A stretch of DNA of 64,000 nucleotides, taken from the NCBI GenBank assembly GCA_021783095.1, contig JAJXUG010000011.1, positions 22,322 to 86,321 of the forward strand. Reading direction: 5' to 3'. The notes beneath the pieces were generated by a model. That model searched no databases. It was not told the origin of the DNA and saw only the letters and a list, made by a program, of their open reading frames with translations. This document shows positions 49,696-60,299 of the stretch, piece after piece. Positions within the stretch are counted from its first letter, which is position 1. Each line of letters opens with the position of its first letter. The position numbers and the translations under genes were made by a program. The DNA comes from Chloroflexota bacterium. GTDB lineage: Bacteria > Chloroflexota > Limnocylindria > Limnocylindrales > CSP1-4.

Positions 49696-50679
49696 CTACT
49701 GGGTGGACCGGTGGAACGACCAGGCGTCGGCGATGATGTCGCGCAGCGCGGGGCGGGCAGGGACCCATCCCAGCTCGCGGCGGGCCTTGTCGCTGGAGGC
49801 GACCGTCGCGGCCGGGTCGCCGCGGCGCCGGGGCGCCAGCTTGAGCGGGATCGGGCGGCCGGTGACCTCGCGGGCGACCTCGACGACCTGCCGGATGCTG
49901 TAGCCGTCGCCGTTGCCCAGGTTGTAGACCTCGTGCGTGCCCGGCCGGATCGCCTCCAGCGCGAGCAGGTGCGCGGCGGCCAGGTCCGCGACGTGGATGT
50001 AGTCGCGCACGCAGGTGCCGTCCGGGGTTGGGTAGTCGTCGCCGTACAGCATGAGCTGGTCTCGCTTGCCCGCCGCGACCTGGAGCACGATCGGGATCAG
50101 GTGGGACTCGGGGGTGTGCCGCTCACCGAGGCGGTCGACCGCGCCCGAGGCGTTGAAGTAGCGCAGCGAGGCGGCGCCCAGGCCGAACCCCCCGCACTCC
50201 CCCGCCAGCATCAGATCGACCGCCAGCTTCGTGGCGGCATAGGGGTTCTTGGGCCGGATGACGGCGTCCTCGTCCAGCTTGCTGAACCCCCCGCCGGGCA
50301 GCGGCACGACGCTTGCCGCGTCGTACATGGACCCGGTCGAGGAGAAGATCATCCGCGGCGTGCCCGCGGCGCGGACGGCGCCGAGCACCGCCATCGTGCC
50401 GCCGACGTTCACGTCCCAGTACCTATCGGGTCGGGCGACGGACTCGGCGACCTCGATCTTGGCGGCGAAGTGCAGCACGCCCTCGAAGCCGGCCCCGGGG
50501 GTCAGCACCTGGCCCACCTGGTGCACGGGGAGCCGGTGCAACTCGACCCCGGTGGGCACGGTCTCGGCGAAGCCGGTCGACAGGTCGTCGAGCACCACGA
50601 CTTGGTGACCCGCCTCGACCAGGGCGTGCGTGACCACGCCGCCGATATACCCAGCCCCGCCCGTCACCAGCAGCTTCAC
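49696..50679 (-). CDS. galE: UDP-glucose 4-epimerase
   Basis: TGGAGYIG, YAATK, LRYFN, DGTCVRDYIHV and RRRGDPA motifs; AAGGAG RBS. Confidence 0.93.
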   Translation of the reverse strand: MKLLVTGGAGYIGGVVTHALVEAGHQVVVLDDLSTGFAETVPTGVELHRLPVHQVGQVLTPGAGFEGVLHFAAKIEVAESVARPDRYWDVNVGGTMAVLGAVRAAGTPRMIFSSTGSMYDAASVVPLPGGGFSKLDEDAVIRPKNPYAATKLAVDLMLAGECGGFGLGAASLRYFNASGAVDRLGERHTPESHLIPIVLQVAAGKRDQLMLYGDDYPTPDGTCVRDYIHVADLAAAHLLALEAIRPGTHEVYNLGNGDGYSIRQVVEVAREVTGRPIPLKLAPRRRGDPAATVASSDKARRELGWVPARPALRDIIADAWSFHRSTQ

Positions 50680-51323
50680 GCAATCTCCTTAGGGCACACC
50701 GGCCTCGTCACTAGCCTGACGATACCGAACGATGCCGGCGCTGTCGTGTGGATTGATCTGGTGGATCGTCGGGATGCCCGCGCAGATGGGTCCCGCACGG
50801 CGAGGTGACCGGAGGGCGTGAGGCGAGCATCCGGCTGGCTCCGTCGCCCCGTCGCCAGCAGAGCGGCCCCGGCCGAGGACTGGCCGCTCGCGGCGCTGGC
50901 CTTCAGGGGCGCCCGCCAGCCGAGCGGCCCTCGGCGACGGGACCTTCCGCCCTACCCCGGGATGCCGTCGGGGCTGGACGCTCCCCGCACCTCCGCCCGC
51001 TCATCGAGGGGTTTGTGCTGCAACGCACCCCGAAAGCACCCGCGCGGCCCCTCGCCCTGGCTCCGGCTGCCTGGTGCGGCGTCGACTCGCTGTTCCCCGC
51101 GGCGGGCCAGCTCGGCCGCAGACGCCTCGCGCGGTGGTATCCAAGGTTCGGCGACCTGCCCGGCAAGCCGCCACCACGGGACGAGGGCCCCATCCCGCGG
51201 ATCGGGACGACCCTGGAGCGCGCCGAACACGTCCCCCGGACGGCTCCCCGGCCCTGATCCGAGCCCACGCGACGCACCGCCAGCCGGCAGCACGCCGGCA
51301 GGCAACCGGAGGAGACACACACC

Positions 51324-51971
51324 ATGAGCGAGGAACTGTTCGCCCAGATGCGCCAGGCCGTCATCGACGGCGACACGGCTGCGGCGGCGGCCCTGGCCGA
51401 GCAGGCGCTGGCGGACAACATCCCGCCCCTCGACGCGATCGACAAGGGCTTCGTGCCGGGCCTCACCCTCGTGGGCGAGCAGTTCGGTGCGGGCGACCTC
51501 TTCCTGCCCGACATGATGCTGGCCGCCCGGGCCATGCAGAAGGCGATCGCCATCCTCGAGCCCGAGATGAAGCGGCAGGCGACCCAGCGCCACGTGCTCG
51601 GGCGGGTGGTCCTGGGCACGGTCAAGGGCGACATCCACGAGATCGGCAAGAACCTCGTGGGGATGATGCTCGCGACCAGCGGCTTCGAGGTCCACGACCT
51701 GGGCGTCGACGTGGCGCCCGAGCGGTTCGTCAGCGCCGCGCAGGAGCACAACGCCGACATCGTTGGCGTGTCCGCCCTGCTGACGACAACGATGGCCGGG
51801 CAGCGCACGGTGGTCGAGCAGTTCGACGCCGCCGGCCTCCGCCCGAAGTGCCGGGTGATCGTCGGCGGTGCGCCCGCGTCGTCCACGTGGGCGGCCGAGA
51901 TCGGCGCCGACGGGTACAGCGAGGACGCGATCGGCGCGGTCGCGCTCATCCGCGGGATGGTCGGGGCCTGA
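51324..51971 (+). CDS. Methyltransferase cognate corrinoid protein (MttC/MtbC-like)
   Basis: Four-helix cap plus GTVKGDIHEIGKNLV (DxHxxG), VSALLTTT and VGGAP motifs; GGAGGAG RBS. Confidence 0.95.
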   Translation: MSEELFAQMRQAVIDGDTAAAAALAEQALADNIPPLDAIDKGFVPGLTLVGEQFGAGDLFLPDMMLAARAMQKAIAILEPEMKRQATQRHVLGRVVLGTVKGDIHEIGKNLVGMMLATSGFEVHDLGVDVAPERFVSAAQEHNADIVGVSALLTTTMAGQRTVVEQFDAAGLRPKCRVIVGGAPASSTWAAEIGADGYSEDAIGAVALIRGMVGA

Positions 51972-52118
51972 TCGCGGCCCGCGGGCTCTGCCGGGCGGCG
52001 CGCCGCCTGGGGCCGGGCCCGCGGTCCACCCCGGGCGGTCGAACCGCCCTCTCCGGCGGCCATCGCCGCCCCTGCACACGGCTGCCGGGTCGCCAGCTCG
52101 ACCCGGCCGGAGGCAGAC

Positions 52119-53582
52119 ATGAACACGGCTTCGGCAACGGCTGCTGGCGTGCGGCCTCGCCTCGAGGTCCTCTCGCCCGCCGCGATCCGGCGCATCCACG
52201 AGGCGACGCTCGAGGTCATCGAGAAGGTCGGCGTGCGCTTCCCGTCCGAGCAGGCGCTCGACGTCTGGGCGGCCCACGGGGCCACCGTGGACCGGGCGAC
52301 CAGCATCGTCAAGGTGCCCGCGCACATCATGGAGGCGGCGCTTCGAACCGCCCCGCCCGCGTACACCCTGGCGGCCCGCAACCCGGCCCAGGACCTGCCG
52401 CTCGACGGGCACCACGTCCACGTCGCCACCGACGGCTGCGGGATCGAGGTCCTCGACCCGTGGACGCTCGAGGTCCGGCGGTCGACGCTCGCTGATGTCG
52501 GCGACATCGCGCGCGTCGCCGACGCGCTCCCGCAGGTGGGGTTCCACTGGGTCGCCGTGTCCGCGCAGGACGTCGACCCGGCGACGCGCACGCACGAGGA
52601 GCTGCTTGCCGTCTGGCGCAACTCCACCAAGCACGTCCAGACGGAGACCGTGGTCACCGGGCCGGACGCGCGCACGGCCATCGACATGGCGGCCGCGGTG
52701 GCCGGCGGGCGCGAGGCCCTCCGTGCACGCCCCGTCCTCTCGCTCATGCAGTGCACGATCAGCCCCCTCGCCCACGACGGCGGCCCGATCGAGGCGTCGC
52801 TCGTCGCCGCCGAGGCCGGCGTGCCGGTGGGCTTCATGACGATGGCGTCATGCGCGTTCAGCGGGCCGGCGACGATCGCGGGCTCGCTGGTGGTGGGCAA
52901 CGCCGAGGTCATCACCGCCATGGCGCTGATGCAGCTGGCGTACCCGGGGTCGCCCGTGTACTACGCGGCGGCGCAGACGGCGATGGACCTGCGCTCGGGC
53001 GCCTACACGGGCGGCGGCCCCGAGGACTTCCTGTTCGGCGCCGCCACCAACGAGCTCGCCGACTTCTACAACGTGCCCCTCTCGATGGGCGCGTTCGCCA
53101 CCGGCGACAAGCGATCCGGCTGGCAGGCCGGCCTCGAGAACGGGCTGTCATCGTTCATGGCGTCCATCTCGGGCGCGGACATGCTGCTCGGCGTGGGGCT
53201 GCTGCACGGGTCGCGCATCTGGTCGTTCGAGCAGATGGTGCTCGACTGCGAGATCGCGTCCATCGTGGAGTCGATGCTGCGGGGGATCCCGTTCGACGAC
53301 GAGGCGCTCGCCCTCGAGGCTATCGCCGAGGTCGGGCCGGGCGGCGAGTACCTCACGCTCCCACACACGCGCAAGGCGATGAAGGGGCTCTGGAAGGCCA
53401 CCTACATGGACCGGCGCACGTACGGCCAGTGGCTCGATGACCCGGACAAGTTCCACCGCGACGCGCTCGAGAAGGCGCGCGCGCTCATCAAGGACCACCA
53501 GCCCGAACCGCTCGACCCGGCGCTCGACGCCGAGCTCGTGGGGCTCATCGAGCGACACCAGGCCACGGCCGCCGTCGGCTGA
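52119..53582 (+). CDS. Trimethylamine methyltransferase (MttB) superfamily protein, non-pyrrolysine
   Basis: IRRIHEATLEV, ISPL, GPATIAGSL, MDLRSG and VGPGGEYL motifs; no in-frame amber. Confidence 0.92.
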   Translation: MNTASATAAGVRPRLEVLSPAAIRRIHEATLEVIEKVGVRFPSEQALDVWAAHGATVDRATSIVKVPAHIMEAALRTAPPAYTLAARNPAQDLPLDGHHVHVATDGCGIEVLDPWTLEVRRSTLADVGDIARVADALPQVGFHWVAVSAQDVDPATRTHEELLAVWRNSTKHVQTETVVTGPDARTAIDMAAAVAGGREALRARPVLSLMQCTISPLAHDGGPIEASLVAAEAGVPVGFMTMASCAFSGPATIAGSLVVGNAEVITAMALMQLAYPGSPVYYAAAQTAMDLRSGAYTGGGPEDFLFGAATNELADFYNVPLSMGAFATGDKRSGWQAGLENGLSSFMASISGADMLLGVGLLHGSRIWSFEQMVLDCEIASIVESMLRGIPFDDEALALEAIAEVGPGGEYLTLPHTRKAMKGLWKATYMDRRTYGQWLDDPDKFHRDALEKARALIKDHQPEPLDPALDAELVGLIERHQATAAVG

Positions 53583-53673
53583 CGGCCGGGCCCCCGATCG
53601 CTCTGCCACCTCCTCGTGCCCGGCCGGTCGCCGCTGGCCGGGCACGCTCTCCCTGCCAACCCGGAGACCGTCA

Positions 53674-55155
53674 ATGCGACCCCGCTTCGAGCTCCTCGAG
53701 CCTGCCCTGATCGACCGTGTCGTGGACGAGGCGCTGGCCCTGCTGGCCAGCCCCGGCATCAAGGTCGAGGAGCCCGAGGCCATCCGCCTCCTCGTCGGCG
53801 CCGGAGCGTCGGCCGAGGGCAACCGCGTGTCGATCCCGGACGCGCTGGTCCACCGGGCGCTCGACACCGTGCCCCACGCGTTCGACCTCTACGACAGGGC
53901 GGGCAACCCCGCCGTCCGGTACGGCTCGGGCGCCGTCCACTTCGACCCGGGGTCGTCCGGGGTATCGGTCCTCGATCCCGACACGCTCGAGGCGCGGGCG
54001 TCGCAGGCTGCCGACCTAGCGCGGATCACCCGCGTCGCCGACGCGCTGCCCGCGTACGACGCCGTCTCGACCGCCATCGTTTGCCACGACGTGCCCACCG
54101 AGATCGGCGACCTGTACCGGCTGTTCGTGTGCCTCGCCAACTCGGACAAGCCGATCGTCACGGGCGCGTTCACGCCGCGCGGATCGGGGGCGATGCTGGA
54201 CCTGCTCGCGCTCGAAGCGGGCGGGCGCGCGGCCCTGGCGGATCGGCCGCGCGCGGTCTTCGACGTGTGCCCCTCGCCGCCGCTCACCTGGTCCGAGTTC
54301 GCCTGCCGGAACATCATGGACCTCGGGCGCGCCGGGGTCCCCGCCGAGATGGTCTCGATGCCGCTGGCGGGCGTGGCTGCACCGGTCACGCTGATCGGCT
54401 CCATCGTCCAGCACGCGGCCGAGTGCCTCGCGGGGATCGTCCTGCACCAGCTGGCGGCCCCGGGCGCACCGATCGTGTGGGGCGGGGCGCCGGCGATCGT
54501 GGACATGCGGACGGGCGCCACGCCGATGGGCGCCATCGAGACCGCGATGATCGACGGCGGGTACGCGGCTGTGGGGCACTCGCTGGGTCTGCCGACGCAC
54601 GCGTACATGGGCGCCACGGATTCGAAGGTCATCGATGCGCAGGCCGGGCTCGAGGCCGGGATGACCGCGCTGGTCGGCGCGCTCGCCGGCGTGGACCTCA
54701 TCTCCGGGCCCGGGATGCTCGACTTCCTGCTGGCGCAGTCGGCCGAGAAGCTGGTCATCGACGCCGAGGTGATCGGCATGGTGCAGCGGCTGCTGCGGGG
54801 GATCGGGACGCCGACTGCTTCTCTGGCCACGGCGTCCTTCGAGGCGGCCGGTTCCGAGGGGCGATTCCTGGAGCTGCCCGAGACGCGGCGGCTCTTCCGC
54901 TCCGAGCAGTTCCTGCCGTCGCGGGTCATCGACCGGTCGTCGCGGCGGGCCTGGCTCGACGCTGGCGGGCTCGATGCGTTCGGGCGGGCGCGGGATCGCG
55001 TCGAGGAGCTGCTTGCAACGCATCCGCTGCCGGCGGTCGATGGCTCCGTGGCTGCGGCGATGGTCGCGTGCGTGCGCGAGGCGGGCGCGCCGTTCGGGCT
55101 CGGCGAGGCGTTGCCGGGGGTGCCGGAGGGGTTCGGCGAGGTGCGCGCGGGCTGA
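53674..55155 (+). CDS. Trimethylamine methyltransferase (MttB) superfamily protein, non-pyrrolysine
   Basis: NSDKPIVTGAF, CPSPPL, APVTLIG, DMRTG and TDSKVIDAQAGLE motifs; GGAG RBS; no in-frame amber. Confidence 0.92.
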   Translation: MRPRFELLEPALIDRVVDEALALLASPGIKVEEPEAIRLLVGAGASAEGNRVSIPDALVHRALDTVPHAFDLYDRAGNPAVRYGSGAVHFDPGSSGVSVLDPDTLEARASQAADLARITRVADALPAYDAVSTAIVCHDVPTEIGDLYRLFVCLANSDKPIVTGAFTPRGSGAMLDLLALEAGGRAALADRPRAVFDVCPSPPLTWSEFACRNIMDLGRAGVPAEMVSMPLAGVAAPVTLIGSIVQHAAECLAGIVLHQLAAPGAPIVWGGAPAIVDMRTGATPMGAIETAMIDGGYAAVGHSLGLPTHAYMGATDSKVIDAQAGLEAGMTALVGALAGVDLISGPGMLDFLLAQSAEKLVIDAEVIGMVQRLLRGIGTPTASLATASFEAAGSEGRFLELPETRRLFRSEQFLPSRVIDRSSRRAWLDAGGLDAFGRARDRVEELLATHPLPAVDGSVAAAMVACVREAGAPFGLGEALPGVPEGFGEVRAG

Positions 55156-55253
55156 CACGGCAGGCGCGTGCGCGCCTGGCGTCTGCTGCGCCAACTGGGG
55201 CCTTCCCGGGGCGCGCCCTGACTGGTCCCCTGGCATTCCGGGGCCGAGACCGC

Positions 55254-55404
55254 GGCGCTCCGTCAGCGCCAAACGCTCGGCGGGGGACGGCATTGGGCTC
55301 GCCTTGGCGTGCCATGAGCGCGATTTCCGGCCCGTGGCGCGTCTGCCGCGCCGTTCCTCGGGCTACGGCGCCTGACGCCTCGACTTTGGCGTGTTGAGTG
55401 CGCC
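55254..55404. repeat. Array of four GGCGY-N7-GCGCS palindromes
   Basis: Copies start at 55254, 55306, 55336 and 55388 (spacings 52, 30, 52). Confidence 0.55.
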
Positions 55405-55484
55405 AAGACTGTGGTGCCCGACCCGCGTGAGGTCCGCAACGACGGACTAAGCCACGGGTGAGAGGCGGCTGCTTGAATCCGGGC

Positions 55485-56234
55485 GTGGCCGACACCTTGA
55501 TCCTCCGAGCCGTCCACGAGCGCCGACGGGTGGTGATCCACCGGCTTGCGCTGGCGCTCAAGGAGGCGCGCCTCGATCGCGGCGTGTCGCAACGCGCCCT
55601 CGCGGCCGCGGCCGGCCTTGACCGCGGCACGGTGTCCCGCATCGAACGGGAGGAGCAGATCGCGACGGTGCCCGACATGGTCGCCATCGCGACCGCTCTC
55701 GGCATGGAGGCGAGCATCAAGCTGTTCCCAGCCGTCGGCCCCAGCATCCATGATCGAGTCTCAGCGCCGATCACGGACGCGCTGCTGGGCGTCTCCCACG
55801 CGCGGTGGGCGCGCCACCTGGAAGTGTCCGTCACGAAGCCGGACCGAGGGGTGATCGACCTCGTGCTCACGGAAGAGAACGCGGGCGACATCGTTGCCAC
55901 CGAGATCCAGGGCCAGCTGCGACGCGTCGAGCAGCAGCTCCGCTGGGCGGGGCAGAAGGCGGACAGCCTGGCGTCGGCGGCGGGATGGCCGTGGGGCGTG
56001 CGGGAGCCGCGCGTGTCGCGACTGCTCGTGCTGCGGTCAACGGCGGAGACCCGCGCGCTCGTCCGTGGCCTGTCGGAGCTGTTCCGGGCGGCGTATCCGG
56101 TGTCAGGCGAAGGGGCGTGGCGCGCACTGACCTCCGGGCGGGAGCGGTGGCCGGGCAACGCGCTGCTGTGGGCCGAGGTGGCGGGCGGTCGGGCGAGGAT
56201 CCTCGACGGTGCCCCTCGCGGTTCCGGCCGCTGA
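55485..56234 (+). CDS. XRE-family HTH protein with a C-terminal PD-(D/E)XK-like domain; start uncertain
   Basis: LKEARLDRGVSQRALAAAAGLDRGTVSRIE; HLEVSV...GVIDLV...VATEIQ. Confidence 0.75.
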   Translation: MADTLILRAVHERRRVVIHRLALALKEARLDRGVSQRALAAAAGLDRGTVSRIEREEQIATVPDMVAIATALGMEASIKLFPAVGPSIHDRVSAPITDALLGVSHARWARHLEVSVTKPDRGVIDLVLTEENAGDIVATEIQGQLRRVEQQLRWAGQKADSLASAAGWPWGVREPRVSRLLVLRSTAETRALVRGLSELFRAAYPVSGEGAWRALTSGRERWPGNALLWAEVAGGRARILDGAPRGSGR

Positions 56235-56246
56235 CGCGGGCGCCGC

Positions 56247-57038
56247 CTATCGACCCTCGAAGCGCGGCCGCCGCTTCTCGGTCAACGCGCGGAAGCCCTC
56301 GCGGCGGTCGGCGGAGCGCGCGACCACGTCATACATCGCGTCCTCGGCGGCCTGGCCGTCGCGGAGGGACCCGGCAGCGGCCCGGATCGCCGTCTTCGCC
56401 TCGCGCAGTCCGAGCGGCGCGGCCTCCGCCAGCTCGCCCGCGAGCGAGAGCGCGGCCTCGAGCGATCGAGCGGGTTCGGCGAGTCGCGCCACGAGCCCCC
56501 ACGTCTCGGCCTCGACGCCGGTCAGCCGGCGACCGGTCAGGATGAGATCGCGGGTCCGCGGCCCGCCGACGGCCCACGTCAGCAGCCGCGCCGAGCCGCC
56601 GCCCGGGAAGATGCCGACCCGCGTCTCCGGCAGCCCGAAGACCGCCTCGCGCGATGCCACGATGAGGTCGCAGGCGAGCGCGAGCTCGAAGCCGCCCGCG
56701 AGGCAGAAGCCCTCGACGGCCGCGATCGACGGGACGGGCAGCTCCGTGAGCTCGGTGGTCAACGAGACGATCCGCTCGTGCTGGTCCGCCAGCTGCGCAT
56801 CGTCGAAGCCAGCCCGCTCACGAAGGTCCATCCCTGCGGAGAACACCGCCGAGCCGGCACCGGTGAGCACGAGCGTGCGGACGGCATCGTCGACGGCGAC
56901 CTCGCGGACCGCGACCAGGAGCGCGTCGAGGAGGGCATCGTCGATCGCGTTGCGGGCCTCGGGGCGGTCGAGCGTGAGCAGCGCCACCTCGCCCGCCGAG
57001 CCCGCGCGTTCCAGCCGAAGCCCGTCGCCCGCCCGCAT
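56247..57038 (-). CDS. Enoyl-CoA hydratase/isomerase family protein
   Basis: LDRPEARNA, FSAGMDL, GGFELALACD and FGLPETRVG motifs; TACGTT 6 nt before the ATG. Confidence 0.92.
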   Translation of the reverse strand: MRAGDGLRLERAGSAGEVALLTLDRPEARNAIDDALLDALLVAVREVAVDDAVRTLVLTGAGSAVFSAGMDLRERAGFDDAQLADQHERIVSLTTELTELPVPSIAAVEGFCLAGGFELALACDLIVASREAVFGLPETRVGIFPGGGSARLLTWAVGGPRTRDLILTGRRLTGVEAETWGLVARLAEPARSLEAALSLAGELAEAAPLGLREAKTAIRAAAGSLRDGQAAEDAMYDVVARSADRREGFRALTEKRRPRFEGR

Positions 57039-57232
57039 GCAAGCAACGTACCGCAGCCCACCGTGGTCTGCGGAACGGACGCGAGCGGCAGGTGCCGCCC
57101 GAGGCGCATCCAGGCGTTCCGCGGCTATGGCGAGCAGCAGGGCCGGAACGTCCTGCGAGACGCCAGCTGGCTGTGGTGGCCATGATTGCCGGCGACGCCA
57201 CAACCCGCAGCCGACCCGACAAGGAGCAGCTC

Positions 57233-57598
57233 ATGACCGCGAACGCCAACCGCCCTGGCGCCCGGCGCCCCGAGGACATCACCCGCCTGTTCGTCGAGCG
57301 GACGAACGCCGCCGACATCGACGGCATGCTCGACCTCTACGAGCCGGGCGCAGTCATGGCGTTCCCGCCGGGCCAGCTGACGGTGGGCCACGCGGCGATC
57401 CGCGCCCTGTTCGAGCAGATGATCGCCTCGCGTCCAGCGCTCAAGCCCGAGGAACCACTCCAGACGCTGGCCGTCGGCGACATCGCGCTCACGGCCACGC
57501 GTGCCAGCGACGAGGCCGGCGCCCGTGCCCAGGTCGTGCGTCGCCAGGCTGACGGCACCTGGAAGCGCGTCCTCGACCGCCCGGACTTCCGCGCCTGA
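57233..57598 (+). CDS. SnoaL/NTF2-like (YybH) protein
   Basis: LDLYEPGAV...GHAAIRA...AQVVRRQADGTW; AAGGAG RBS. Confidence 0.85.
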   Translation: MTANANRPGARRPEDITRLFVERTNAADIDGMLDLYEPGAVMAFPPGQLTVGHAAIRALFEQMIASRPALKPEEPLQTLAVGDIALTATRASDEAGARAQVVRRQADGTWKRVLDRPDFRA

Positions 57599-57645
57599 TC
57601 GACGGCGGGGGGTTCGCGAGCACGGCACGGCGGCGCCTTTCCCGT

Positions 57646-57784
57646 TCACGCCTCGGGTGAGTGGTATGCGGCTGGCCATGCCAGAACACGCACCTGGGGC
57701 GTGTCCTGGACCGCTGCATGCCCAGACACGCCTGGGCAGGGTGTATCGGAGGACCCGGTCACCGAGCACTCTCCTCAGGCGTGT
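57646..57784. repeat. Four ACACGC-N7-GCGTGT-type palindromes with an exact 40-bp period
   Basis: TCACGC-ctcgggt-GAGTGG (57646), ACACGC-acctggg-GCGTGT (57686), ACACGC-ctgggca-GGGTGT (57726), GCACTC-tcctcag-GCGTGT (57766). Confidence 0.7.
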
Positions 57785-57833
57785 TGCGGAAGTCTGGCGG
57801 CCGGCGAGGGCGCCCCGTCTGGCCGGGCCTCGC

Positions 57834-59285
<1,452 letters not shown>

Positions 59286-59789
59286 TCAGGTGCTGGCACG
59301 GGCGGGGCTGGCGGGGTCGGGGGTCACGGGCAGGGCGGTCGTGCGCTTCACCTCGCGGACGACGAGGCTGGTCTGGATCCGGGCGATGCCGGGGATGGGA
59401 GAGAGCCGTTCCACGAGGAACCGCTCGAGGTCACGCCGGTTGCGGAGCGCCACGCGGAGGACGTAGTCGTGCTCGCCGGTGACGTGGTGGACCTCGAGGA
59501 CCTCGGGCATCGCGGTGACGGCGTCGCGGAAGCGCTCCACGTCGTCGTGGCCGTGGGCGCGGAGGCCGACGTCGACGAAGCAGAGGAGGTCGAAGCCGGC
59601 CTGCTCGCGGTCGACGAGGGCGACGTAGCCCGCGATGACGCCCTCGCGCTCGAGGCGCCGGACACGGCTGTGGGTGGCCGCCTGCGAGAGGCCGATCCGC
59701 CGCGCGAGGTCGGCGTTCGCGAGCCGGCCGTCGGCCTGGAGCTCGCGGAGGATGGCGTCGTCGATCTCGTCACGGGCGGGGTGTACCAC
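59286..59789 (-). CDS. Lrp/AsnC family transcriptional regulator (start may be 59828)
   Basis: DEIDDAILRELQADGRLANADLARRIGLS and VTGEHDY motifs. Confidence 0.92.
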   Translation of the reverse strand: MVHPARDEIDDAILRELQADGRLANADLARRIGLSQAATHSRVRRLEREGVIAGYVALVDREQAGFDLLCFVDVGLRAHGHDDVERFRDAVTAMPEVLEVHHVTGEHDYVLRVALRNRRDLERFLVERLSPIPGIARIQTSLVVREVKRTTALPVTPDPASPARAST

Positions 59790-59936
59790 TCGGATGCTCC
59801 GGACTGCTGGGTTCTTCTGGATGTGCACAACAATACCGAAGATCCTTCGGCCGAAAATGGCCGTGGCGAATCGTCCTTCGGCGTCGATAGGAGGCCGGCG
59901 GCCGGCAGGCGGCTGGCACGGCTCGACGCGTCGCGC

Positions 59937-60155
59937 GGTGGCGCAGCGTCACCAAATCCGCGCCGAGCGCTCAACGCCAGGCATCGTCGGCCGAGAATGG
60001 TGGCCCGGTTCCAACGATCTGGGCCCCGGCCCCTTGTTCAGCGCGCTTTCGGTGGGTCAGGACCAACGCTGGCTTCGGTGGCCGGCGATTTGGTGGCGAT
60101 GCGCCAACGGCCGCACGAGGATCGGCCGATTTGGTGGCGATGCGCCAACGGCCGC
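59937..60155. repeat. Five GGTGG-N7-CCAAC-type palindromes including an exact 29-bp direct repeat
   Basis: Copies at 59937, 59999, 60051, 60092 and 60133 (spacings 62, 52, 41, 41); CGATTTGGTGGCGATGCGCCAACGGCCGC at 60086 and 60127. Confidence 0.75.
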
Positions 60156-60299
60156 GTGGGGAGGGGCGTCGGGAGACTCGGCCACCGCCCGGGGGTGGGC
60201 CGCGGCAAACGGGCGACCCTGGTTCGCCTCCGGCTCGGTCGTCGGCCGAGTCCGCGGATCAGGGTCACCTCGGGATGAGGTTCGGCTCAGCCGAGAGGC

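Noticed and set aside
51060-51165. Cobalamin riboswitch upstream of the corrinoid gene (GACCTGCC and CTGTTCCCCGC fragments)
   Set aside because: The AGGGAA, GCAACTG and GCCACTG core elements are not visible; would need an Infernal hit to RF00174
50805-51327. ORFs 50805..51257 and 50818..51327 as genes
   Set aside because: Arg/Pro/Ala-rich with no recognisable motif; possibly decayed sequence
52119-55155. Pyrrolysine-containing trimethylamine methyltransferase
   Set aside because: No in-frame TAG in either gene and no pyl genes in the window
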